Shown here: positions 1 through 8,421 of the stretch, one piece after another
How positions within the stretch are numbered: the stretch's first letter is position 1
Layout of the letters: the number at the start of each line of letters is the position of its first letter
Assembly: GCA_965261085.1 (NCBI GenBank)
Contig: OZ253442.1
Location: 1,312,001-1,376,000 of the forward strand
Length of the DNA stretch: 64,000 nt
Source of the DNA: a bacterium
Lineage (GTDB): Bacteria; UBA8248
Direction: 5' to 3'
Notes under the pieces: model-generated
Databases searched by the model: none
Seen by the model: the letters and a program-made list of their open reading frames with translations, nothing else
Told to the model about the DNA's origin: nothing
Position numbers and translations under genes: made by a program

Positions 1-2
1 TT

Positions 3-182
3 GAGCATAAGTTTTCTCGCGTCTCCTGGCCCTCGGGCGAGAAGGGAGGGGAATCCCTTGCTTATTGGGGCAATAAACTGGAAATGCAAAACAAATATGG
101 AGCATGGGTTCCGTTCACGTATTGGTGCAGATATAACCCGACGACAAAGAGAAGCAAAGTTACACATCTGGCTCCCAGATAA
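3..182 (+). CDS. 3' end of a hypothetical protein (runs off window start), possible IS cargo
   Basis: Own translation of frame 3: EHKFSRVSWPSGEKGGESLAYWGNKLEMQNKYGAWVPFTYWCRYNPTTKRSKVTHLAPR*; more protein-like than the listed 1..330 ORF. Confidence 0.5.
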   Translation, partial: EHKFSRVSWPSGEKGGESLAYWGNKLEMQNKYGAWVPFTYWCRYNPTTKRSKVTHLAPR

Positions 183-251
183 TAAGTTTACTTTTCATTA
201 CAAGTTCTGCTACCATCCCCATGGTAAAGTTGCCCGTGGGAGGGAGGTTAC

Positions 252-431
252 ATGGACGAGGAAACCAGAGAAGAGTTCAGAAAAATACATGAGCGATTCG
301 ATGGGGTCGACGAAAAACTCGACGACATAGATAACAAGATGGATCATGGATTTAGAATTTTGCTCCCGGATGAACAATGGCCTCCAGACGCACATGATCT
401 CCAAAAAGCCGAAATCCGAAGAAAACTGTAA
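252..431 (+). CDS. Small hypothetical protein, 59 aa (MDEETREEFRKIHERFDGVDEKLDDIDNKMDHGF...)
   Basis: GGAGG RBS just upstream of ATG 252; TAA at 429-431; heptad-like acidic pattern. Confidence 0.5.
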   Translation: MDEETREEFRKIHERFDGVDEKLDDIDNKMDHGFRILLPDEQWPPDAHDLQKAEIRRKL

Positions 432-634
432 GGATTAGCCGATATGTTGCGCAGGCAATTTTTCCAATACGTTCTGTCGATATGCCTTCCTCGAATTATA
501 CGTTTTTTTCGAACCCGCAAAAGGCCGCGCCCAAGTATGCAGAAAATCCATCTGGAAATTCGAGGCATACAACTGTCCGGTAGCGGAGGGATCCTGAACT
601 GTCAATTAGTTGTCGCAAACAAAGGAGTGGTTAC

Positions 635-781
635 ATGACCGAAGAGAAGAAGCCCCGGGGCCGCCCCGTAGAAAAAACCATGCCACCCCCCATCCCCGAC
701 ACCCCGGAAAACATCGCCCGCGCATGTATGCAAGGCCCGCCGAAAAAAGAATGGGCTTTTTTGAAAAAATCCGCTAAATAA
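635..781 (+). CDS. 48-aa peptide (MTEEKKPRGRPVEKTMPPPIPDTPENIARACMQGPPKKEWAFLKKSAK) of the kind recalled near IS1595-like element ends
   Basis: AAGGAG RBS at 622-627; PIPDTPENIARA...GPPKK motif; stops 10 bp before the putative terminal repeat. Confidence 0.65.
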   Translation: MTEEKKPRGRPVEKTMPPPIPDTPENIARACMQGPPKKEWAFLKKSAK

Positions 782-812
782 GGTCGTTTGGGTAATTTCG
801 TATATAATTCCC

Positions 813-1208
813 CTCCGAATCCCTTTGCGGGAAATCCACTTTCAGTTCGCGCGAAGCTCCGGCCCCGGCGGGCAGAACGTGAACAAGGTGTCGAGCAAGG
901 CGGTGCTGCGCTGGAACATGGCCGCCTCGCCGAGCGCGCCCGATGACGTGAAGGAGAGGCTCCGCGCGCTCCACCCGCGCCGCGTGACGCGCGAGGGCGA
1001 GGTCGTCATCACGAGCAGCCGCTTTCGCGATCAGGGCCGAAACGTCGCCGATTGCCTGGAAAAACTGCGCGCCGCCCTCGCCGAAGTCTCTACGCCTCCC
1101 AAACCCAGACGCCCCACGCGCCCCACCCGCTCATCGGCCGAAAAACGCCTCCAGGAGAAACGCGAACGCGCCGATAAGAAGAGGAAGAGGGGGAAGGTGG
1201 AGGGGTGA
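813..1208 (+). CDS. arfB: Ribosome rescue peptidyl-tRNA hydrolase ArfB (YaeJ), 5' end apparently truncated
   Basis: SSGPGGQNVNK (GGQ) motif and basic C-terminal tail; frame reads LRIPLREIHF from 813 with no upstream ATG before an in-frame stop at 762; TTG 825 is a possible start. Confidence 0.9.
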   Translation, partial: LRIPLREIHFQFARSSGPGGQNVNKVSSKAVLRWNMAASPSAPDDVKERLRALHPRRVTREGEVVITSSRFRDQGRNVADCLEKLRAALAEVSTPPKPRRPTRPTRSSAEKRLQEKRERADKKRKRGKVEG

Positions 1209-1242
1209 CGCTTTTTGAAAGAAGGGTATGGAAATTTAAGTG

Positions 1243-2469
1243 TTACTCATTTTGGATTGATTCCCCTGCAAAGAGACGAACTATGAATCTTTCGCCTTCT
1301 TCTACAAGATAGGGATCGGTTCCGTTATGTTCTTTCATTCCACGAACGATTATACGGGGTACGCCCATCCCCATATGTTCCAGATACCCGTAGTCGCGCA
1401 TTATGTCTTTAAGGAGTTGATTTCTGGCAGCTCGGGTTCCGATTCGCATACGATCCGGTGTGATTCCATTTGGGAGTTTGCCAGGGGAGATTACCTCCAA
1501 TCGATCCTCATAAATTGCCAGTTCAATATCGGTGTCTGCCAGAAGGTAGTCCCTATGAATTAGGGCATTTACTACTGCCTCTCGAATGACCTTGGCTGGA
1601 TATGTTCTCTTTTCCACGCGACGCGTACCGTCTTCAAGGACGGCAGTCACAGGAGTGTTGCGTCTGACAAAATCTAGTGCCTGCTCGACTAACCCGGCTT
1701 CCAGAGTAGCACCGGTCTGATCTAAGAGTGGTGTCATCGGCCCGCGCAATGCCGCCCGTTCTTTAGTCGCATATTCTTTTTCCGTTCCCGGAAACACCGC
1801 CGCGTCGATGCCCGCTTGTGGCAGAAACCGGTTCGGTATTTTTCCGAAGAGCAGTATCCCTGAAAGGGTTACACCCTCTTCGACCATAATCTCCGTATTT
1901 ATCAGCAAGGACTCCCATCCCGCGCCTTCGTCATCTCCCGGAATATCCTGTTGGCGTATCCGGTTGAAGTAATCTTTCAGCCGACGGCGATCTAGATCAT
2001 CGACCGTTGCACCGGAAATCGGTCGCAGATCGGCGCGAAACGTGCCGCGTTGCTGAAATAGACGGCTTAATTCCTGTGGTGTCGGCTCCCGACTTTGCGA
2101 ACCTACCCGGATGTAATAAGTGTTCCTGTTGTTGTGCCACTGACTGTGCACGTCACCGCCGCGCGGCACTCGCACGATCGCCACGTCCTTACCCGGCTCC
2201 ACATCCTTGATCGTTTGAAAAAACGGAATGATGGCTGGTCTGATCTTGTCACGACATGCGTTCATAACCCACTCTTCCAGACGATCTCTCGTTAGCCCGG
2301 CAACGTTTCCATCATCATCCACGCCAAGCAGCACCATTCCGCCTTCTAAGTTCGAGAACGCGACAAGTTCTTTTGCCAAGTCATGGTTTTGCAAAACATC
2401 TAGTTTGAATTCGACGCCGGAATTTTCGCCGTTTGCGATTATTTCCAATAGTTCCGTCCGCGTTGTCAT
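1243..2469 (-). CDS. Schlafen/AlbA_2 domain fused to RecG C-terminal-like HATPase_c_4 domain
   Basis: ENSGVEFK and VAFSNLEGGMVLLGVDD (AlbA_2); REAVVNALIHRDY, ISPGKLP and RNQLL (HATPase_c_4). Confidence 0.85.
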   Translation of the reverse strand: MTTRTELLEIIANGENSGVEFKLDVLQNHDLAKELVAFSNLEGGMVLLGVDDDGNVAGLTRDRLEEWVMNACRDKIRPAIIPFFQTIKDVEPGKDVAIVRVPRGGDVHSQWHNNRNTYYIRVGSQSREPTPQELSRLFQQRGTFRADLRPISGATVDDLDRRRLKDYFNRIRQQDIPGDDEGAGWESLLINTEIMVEEGVTLSGILLFGKIPNRFLPQAGIDAAVFPGTEKEYATKERAALRGPMTPLLDQTGATLEAGLVEQALDFVRRNTPVTAVLEDGTRRVEKRTYPAKVIREAVVNALIHRDYLLADTDIELAIYEDRLEVISPGKLPNGITPDRMRIGTRAARNQLLKDIMRDYGYLEHMGMGVPRIIVRGMKEHNGTDPYLVEEGERFIVRLFAGESIQNE

Positions 2470-2472
2470 AGC

Positions 2473-5175
2473 TTAGAAACCATACTTGGAGCGACGCATC
2501 TCGAAGGCGTCTTTTCCACCTTCGAGTATTTCCTCGACCAACTCTCGTACTGGTTTAGAATCAATGGAACCCATATGTTCTGGAGCAATCCTGGCCTGTC
2601 CTACTTCCGCTTCGCCAGAAGCGGTAAGACCCAAGATGAGTTCCGCATCACCCAGTACGGGAATGTTCGCGTTATGTGTAGAGAAAACGAATTGTCGCCG
2701 TCGTTTTTCCTCCCTAATAATTGGCACGATGCCTTCGGTGATGAAGCGGTTGTCCAAGTCATCTTCGGGCTGATCTACTACAAGTGGGGCCTCGGCCTCA
2801 GATTCGAGCAGAAGGAGCAGAAGGATAGCTGTTGCTTTCTGCCCAGTAGAAAGCGCTTCTAGCGTTCGCCAATTAGCTTGCTCATTTTCCGCTGCCGTGT
2901 TGAGTTCGATTTTTGTTGTGGCTGGAAGTTCTAGCTCTTCGATTCTCATGAATAGGTCAAGACCACCTTGTGTAATCCGATCCGCCGCTCCTGAGGGGAA
3001 GCCATAATTCTCGATCAAGGATTCTTTACCTTCTCGGCATAGCTGCGTGAACTCCGGAAGGGATAGTTGATTCATCCTGCGAAGTCGTTCAAGAGCTGCA
3101 GCGAGATTGCCGCCAACTTCCTCCCGCAAAAGTTGTTCAAGTGGCTCGCGGTTTCCCGACATCGTGACTTCTACGCGCACTCGATTACATAGCTTTTTCG
3201 AAACTTTCCTAGCAGCCGCTTCAGTTTCACGGTATTCAGTAGCTTTAATGTCTTCCCACTCTGAGAGAAGCATGCGTCGATTCGACTCGTGAGTGGACAG
3301 ATCGCGCTTAAGTTTCTCTGTCCTATCATTTAGAGGGCGTAACTCCTCAATATCTTGACGTAGACGGATGAATTCTGAACCATCGATGTTTGATTTTTGA
3401 AGTTCTCGCAATAGCTTTTCGTAAGTTTCCTCAATAGTTCTACGCTGCTCGTTCCAACGCGATTTAGTATCCGCGATTGCTGAGTCGGTTTCGGACAACG
3501 CTTGCCCGAGTTGATCTGCAACTTCTTTGAGGCGTGTACTAAGTGTTTCGAGAATTTCCTCTATATTGTTTAAAATTCTCGCGTTTGGTAATCCTTCAAG
3601 CGCCTTTTGCGAGACGAAAGCCGTATCAATCGGAAGTTCATCGGCTAGTTCCCTATGAAGCACTCTCATCGGGGCTAACCGTTCTTCAACATTTGAGAAT
3701 AACCGATCTTCCCGAATTAGAAGACTTTTCTCCTTTAACTTCTCTTCCAATCCTGCTTCTTGGAATCGCTTTTGCATCTCTTCGAGACCGGGTAACGCCG
3801 CCAGCCGCTCCTCAAACCTTTTCATCTCTCGTTTTACGTCCACGATTCGGCTACGGGACTTCTCAAGCTCTAGTTGGACACTTGCCTTGCGCTCCAACAG
3901 AGACGAATCGCGATCTACGAATCGCTCCAGCAACAAAGTGAGTTTATCGGGACTTTTAGTAAGTTCGGAAATCTCATGCTGGCCGAATACTTCCACACCG
4001 GGCATCACGTCACGGGGCGAGAGCATCAGAATTTCACCACTCTCGTCTTTTACAGTGGGCGGATTCGGTACTGAACGTTCGACGGTATAGTGCCGTTCAG
4101 ACGGCTTGTGTGAACGTACTAATAGCGAAACTTTCGTCCCGGATTTCAGTACATGCTGTATTACTCCTTCATGAGTCTTGCGTGCATCTTCTCCTATTGG
4201 GTCAAGACCCAGCACATAGCGGATGCTTTCAACTATTGTTGATTTTCCCGTACCACGTCCGCCGATTAAGGTATTAAGATTACCATTGAAATGGACAGAG
4301 GTATCACGCAAAAATCCCTCTGTCTCCCATGTCATCGCCAGAAATTCGGCATGAAACTCCGGTTGCGAATCACTGTGCAGCCGCATACGGGACCCTGGGT
4401 CAAGGAACGCTTGGCGAAGTGCTTCGACGGAGACTTCTGACATCTTGATGAAGCAAGACGAACGTTCTTCTTGTAGGTCTTTGGGGTCATTCACATCCGA
4501 GGCATTTAAGATAGCTGGGGGATACGTTCGCTTGTGCTCGGCATTCTTGTTTTGAAGGATTGGCTTGATGTCCTCTGGGGCATCGCCAACTGGTCCGGGG
4601 AGCGCACAGGCAAGTAAATCTGGTGATGTCCAAACATTAACTCGTGTTTGTCCTGAGAGTTTTCTGAGCAGGCCACCGTCTGATGCTACATGTGCTGCGA
4701 TGCAAGCGGCTCCCCAACTCCTTGAATGTTCCAAAAGCTCAGTACAGTCCAACGTGCCTATTGGTGAGAGTTGGCTCGAATCATGAATGCCGCAATCCCC
4801 GATGAGCCTTTCTAGCTGATCATCTTTGTCGGGGTCGAAGAGGCAAAGAAAGTGAACACCGTCTTTCGTTACGGCTTCAAATCCGCTAAAAGCCCACAAA
4901 CTGGCTTCGCGAGCGGTGGCGATTAGGTTCCGAGAATCCGCTATGCGGTAATGGTCCGTGACGCCAATCACCTCGGTTTCTGTTTTAAGACAGGCCTCAA
5001 TGATTGCTTCGTTGTATTCGTCTTCGGACTGAAAAGGTGTCGATATATTATGCCTGATGAGATAAGCGAATGGGTTGACCTGCAAAGCGCAACGATAAAA
5101 CCGCGCACCATTCGGGAGAGCTAGTGCGGCTCGCATGGTTTCGGACTGGAATTGCTTGACTCCCTCCATAAACAC
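2473..5175 (-). CDS. PHP domain plus SMC/ABC-type ATPase with long coiled coil (TrlF/Ppl-like, putative antiphage)
   Basis: N-terminal VTDH, HFL, AAH, SD motifs; Walker A GGRGTGKS; signature LSTGQ; Walker B/D-loop VVDQPEDDLDN; H-loop STHN. Confidence 0.85.
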   Translation of the reverse strand: MFMEGVKQFQSETMRAALALPNGARFYRCALQVNPFAYLIRHNISTPFQSEDEYNEAIIEACLKTETEVIGVTDHYRIADSRNLIATAREASLWAFSGFEAVTKDGVHFLCLFDPDKDDQLERLIGDCGIHDSSQLSPIGTLDCTELLEHSRSWGAACIAAHVASDGGLLRKLSGQTRVNVWTSPDLLACALPGPVGDAPEDIKPILQNKNAEHKRTYPPAILNASDVNDPKDLQEERSSCFIKMSEVSVEALRQAFLDPGSRMRLHSDSQPEFHAEFLAMTWETEGFLRDTSVHFNGNLNTLIGGRGTGKSTIVESIRYVLGLDPIGEDARKTHEGVIQHVLKSGTKVSLLVRSHKPSERHYTVERSVPNPPTVKDESGEILMLSPRDVMPGVEVFGQHEISELTKSPDKLTLLLERFVDRDSSLLERKASVQLELEKSRSRIVDVKREMKRFEERLAALPGLEEMQKRFQEAGLEEKLKEKSLLIREDRLFSNVEERLAPMRVLHRELADELPIDTAFVSQKALEGLPNARILNNIEEILETLSTRLKEVADQLGQALSETDSAIADTKSRWNEQRRTIEETYEKLLRELQKSNIDGSEFIRLRQDIEELRPLNDRTEKLKRDLSTHESNRRMLLSEWEDIKATEYRETEAAARKVSKKLCNRVRVEVTMSGNREPLEQLLREEVGGNLAAALERLRRMNQLSLPEFTQLCREGKESLIENYGFPSGAADRITQGGLDLFMRIEELELPATTKIELNTAAENEQANWRTLEALSTGQKATAILLLLLLESEAEAPLVVDQPEDDLDNRFITEGIVPIIREEKRRRQFVFSTHNANIPVLGDAELILGLTASGEAEVGQARIAPEHMGSIDSKPVRELVEEILEGGKDAFEMRRSKYGF

Positions 5176-5400
5176 TTCACCTTTAGGTTTTATCTTGTTT
5201 CAATGGTTTAATGATATGCTTCTCGACGATATCCCTTCCCTCTCGTGTTTGATGATTCGTTTAACACACATCCGCGTTTTTTTCACTATAATGCACTATC
5301 CTAGGAACTCAACAGGCTCTTGGGTTTATTGTTGACTCTGGCAGAATTGATTTCCCTTCAGTGCAATCTCCACTCTTCCCTTATTATCTCCCCTTTCCTA

Positions 5401-5512
5401 ACGCTTAATAACGGGATTTGTTATTGAACTTTATGCGCTAAATGTTAACAGCGGGATTCGTTATTTTACTTTCGATGCTAAAAGCAAATAACGGTATTCG
5501 TTATTGTACTTT
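5401..5512. repeat. Three tandem 40-bp units, each with palindromic core AATAACG-N5-CGTTATT
   Basis: Cores at 5407, 5447 and 5487 (aataacgggatttgttatt, aacagcgggattcgttatt, aataacggtattcgttatt), each followed by NNACTTT. Confidence 0.85.
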
Positions 5513-5532
5513 GGTGAAGAAGGACATACCCC

Positions 5533-6414
5533 TCAATACCGCTCGGGCACGAAGGTCTGCTCGCCGATGGGGGGCCGCACGTAGGCTTGATCGGGCCGGC
5601 GCGGGGGGAGTTCGATGGGCGAGGGCGTCAAATCGTCATAGGGGATGAGGGAGAGCAGGTGGCTGATGCAGTTCAGCCGCGCGCGGCGCTTCGAATCCGC
5701 GTCCACCACGTACCAGGGGGCCTGCTTGATGTCGGTGTGGGCGAACATCTCGTCTTTCGCCTTTGAGTACTCCACCCAGCGGGTGCGCGATTCGAGGTCC
5801 ATCGGCGAGAGCTTCCAGCGCCGCGTGGGGTCTTCGATGCGCGCGTGAAAGCGGCGCTCCTGCTCCTCGTCGCTCACCGAGAACCAGTATTTGATCAGGA
5901 CTATCCCTGAGCGCGCGAGCATCCTCTCGAACGTGGGGCATGAGTGCAGGAACTCGCGGTAATCCTCATCCGTGCAAAAGCCCATCACCCGCTCCACGCC
6001 CGCGCGGTTGTACCAGGAGCGATCGAAGAGCGCCATCTCGCCCGCTGCGGGCAGGTGCGGTGCGTAGCGCTGGAAATACCACTGCGTCTGTTCGCGCTCG
6101 GTGGGCGCGGCCAGCGCCACCACGCGGCAGATGCGCGGGCTCAAGCTCTGCGTGATGCGCTTGATGACGCCGCCCTTGCCGGCCGCGTCTCGTCCCTCGA
6201 AGATGACGACGACTTTAAGGCCCTCCTTCCGTATCCACTCCTGGAGCTTTACGAGTTCTATCTGGAGCCTCGCGAGTTCGGCCTCATAGACCCTTTTGGT
6301 CAGCTTCTGGCGCGGGGCTTTTCTGGCGTCTCCCCCCCGGGTGTAGGCGGCGGCGCTCCCCTCTGCGCGCTCCGCTCCCCGGTGGTCTGTGCGGGGTTCG
6401 TTTGCTTTGCTCAT
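5533..6414 (-). CDS. ppk2: Polyphosphate kinase 2
   Basis: FEGRDAAGKGG, FDRSWYNRAGVERVMGFC, WKLSPMD; likely start MSKANEP at 6414. Confidence 0.95.
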   Translation of the reverse strand: MSKANEPRTDHRGAERAEGSAAAYTRGGDARKAPRQKLTKRVYEAELARLQIELVKLQEWIRKEGLKVVVIFEGRDAAGKGGVIKRITQSLSPRICRVVALAAPTEREQTQWYFQRYAPHLPAAGEMALFDRSWYNRAGVERVMGFCTDEDYREFLHSCPTFERMLARSGIVLIKYWFSVSDEEQERRFHARIEDPTRRWKLSPMDLESRTRWVEYSKAKDEMFAHTDIKQAPWYVVDADSKRRARLNCISHLLSLIPYDDLTPSPIELPPRRPDQAYVRPPIGEQTFVPERY

Positions 6415-7137
6415 GCCGGGTCGGTCCTCTTTTGTGTTGTTGGTCGTCTCGATTATGAACGCCTCGCGGGAGGCCGCGCAAGCAATAAAATAGGGGAGGC
6501 GTTGCGGCGGAGGTCTTTTCAGATGCCGCGCGGGGGGGGAGGTTGGCGAGGGCGAGGTGGACGGCGCGGGCAAGTACGTGCCGGCCATGATCGTCCTCTA
6601 CGTGGCCATCGCCCTCATCTTCACCCACGCATACTTCGCCGAGGTGAAGGCGGTGCGGAAAATAAAAGGAGCAGGTAAGCCAAAAGTGCTCGCCACGGTG
6701 AAGATCGAATTGGGCTCCTATTGACCCCTGGTCGAATATATTCTCGGTGCGTCGCTCCTTACGGAGCGGGGAGGTCCATCAACCCGGGAATTTTTCAGGC
6801 GCACAAAAATTGTGGTTTTTCGTCAAAATTTTTGTTATTATGACGTTGCGACACAGACGATGACCACAAGGCATAGGGAAGCGTAAAACTTCCCCTTGGA
6901 ACATCGACCGCAAGTGGATGGCGGGACACCTGCTTTTCAGGGCAATCCCGTACCACCATCCAGGAATATTGGACGTGAAATTGCCCGGAATGGGGAATGG
7001 TTCACCGGCTTTTCGAATCATTCCTGCTCCGGGTGTGGAACGAACGCAGGCGAGGATTGTGAAAGCGCCTGCGAAACATCACGAACGGCAACTGATTCTT
7101 TGGATTCAGTTCCCGATAACCAGAATGGGGACCAATC

Positions 7138-8301
7138 ATGACGGACGACACGAGGACGGGCGGTGCGAGAACCGACATATTCGACGGCGCCGATGGCGAC
7201 GACAATCTGGATGGCGGCGAAGGCGTCGACTTCCTCTTCGGCGGAAGCGGTGACGACACCCTCACCGGCGGCGGCGGGAGAGACTTCCTCCTGGGCGGGG
7301 GCGAAGTAGACACCATCTACGGCGGAACCGGAGATGACTGGATACGGGGCGGCAGCGGCGACGACACCATCGAGGGCGGCGAGGGCGACGACATCATCCT
7401 GGGCGACGCCGGGAACGACACCATCGACGCCGGCGCGGACGACGACACCATCATAGACGGAGGAGGCGACGACACCCTCACCGGCGGAACCGGCGAGGAC
7501 ACCTTCGCGTTCCTTCCGGGGCACGGTAGCGACACGATCACGGATTTCGACACCTCCGACGACCAGATAGACCTCTCCCAGTTCACCATGGCCATCACGT
7601 TCACACAGTTGCAAGCGAAGATGTCGACGGTCACGGATCCGAATGACGGCAACGTGGTAACGGGGGTGCAAATCGACCTCTCGGATTTCGGTGGGGGGAC
7701 GATCACGCTGGAGGGCATCACTGCCACCAGCGACCTGACCGCTGATATGTTCTGCCTGCCGGATTGCGACAGCCCGGTCGACGATCTTCTCGTGGAGAGT
7801 CCCGTCACGGGTGATGAGAACAGGAACTTTTATCTCGGCGGCACGGGCGATGGCACATTCACCACCCTGGGAGGCCATGACATCGTCTTCTCCGAAGAGG
7901 GTGATGACACCATCTACGGCGGTGAAGGCGAGGACTGGCTGGTCGGCGGCGAGGGGGCCGACACCATCGAGGGCGGCGCGGACGACGACCGGATCTATGG
8001 CGGCGAAGGCGCCGACACGATCACCGGCGGGACCGGGGACGACACGCTCACTGGCGGGGCCGGGGAGGACACATTCGTATTCAGCTCGGGTGATGGGAAC
8101 GACACGGTCACTGATTTCGAGAACGGGACGGACACTATCGATCTCTCCGCGATTACCGCCATCACCGGGTTTTCCGACCTGACGATCACACAAGAAGGCG
8201 ACGACACGAAGATCGACCTCGGCGAGAACGTGGGCGAGATCATACTCGAGGACTTCACTTCGACCAATCTGGATGCGACGGATTTCGACTTTTCGATGTG
8301 A
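7138..8301 (+). CDS. RTX/hemolysin-type calcium-binding repeat protein
   Basis: Many GGxGxD nonamers; two DT(I/V)TDF...IDLS modules; no Sec signal peptide; ends DFDFSM. Confidence 0.9.
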   Translation: MTDDTRTGGARTDIFDGADGDDNLDGGEGVDFLFGGSGDDTLTGGGGRDFLLGGGEVDTIYGGTGDDWIRGGSGDDTIEGGEGDDIILGDAGNDTIDAGADDDTIIDGGGDDTLTGGTGEDTFAFLPGHGSDTITDFDTSDDQIDLSQFTMAITFTQLQAKMSTVTDPNDGNVVTGVQIDLSDFGGGTITLEGITATSDLTADMFCLPDCDSPVDDLLVESPVTGDENRNFYLGGTGDGTFTTLGGHDIVFSEEGDDTIYGGEGEDWLVGGEGADTIEGGADDDRIYGGEGADTITGGTGDDTLTGGAGEDTFVFSSGDGNDTVTDFENGTDTIDLSAITAITGFSDLTITQEGDDTKIDLGENVGEIILEDFTSTNLDATDFDFSM

Positions 8302-8421
8302 CGCGCATCGTCGCTGTGGCCAACTGCGGCGGAGGCGTGAATCGGGTGCCTTCGGAATAGACAAAACCACCCATTACAGCACCCAAGAGGGAACTCGCAG
8401 ACGCTTCGCGCCTAATCCGCC

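Larger units (their letters stand above)
1..813. mobile_element. Probable right end of an IS1595-family element with passenger ORFs; putative terminal IR about 791-813
   Basis: AT-richer DNA ending GGTAATTTCGTATATAATTCCCC, then an abrupt switch to GC-rich arfB coding sequence; no transposase in the window, so family assignment is from memory of such ends. Confidence 0.55.

Noticed and set aside
1-330. Listed 109-aa ORF
   Set aside because: It overlaps two more plausible ORFs in another frame (3-182 and 252-431) and has no recognisable motif
5401-5512. 40-bp repeat as a CRISPR array
   Set aside because: Variable parts are only 4-5 nt, there are only three clear units, and no cas genes are in the window
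6555-6725. Hydrophobic mini-ORF MIVLYVAIALIFTHAYFAEV... upstream of ppk2
   Set aside because: No clear RBS or family; may be a membrane-protein remnant but cannot be supported
7018-8370. 450-aa antisense ORF, and similar long shadows such as 28111-29418 and 60820-62196
   Set aside because: Antisense shadows of GC-rich genes with clear family motifs on the other strand
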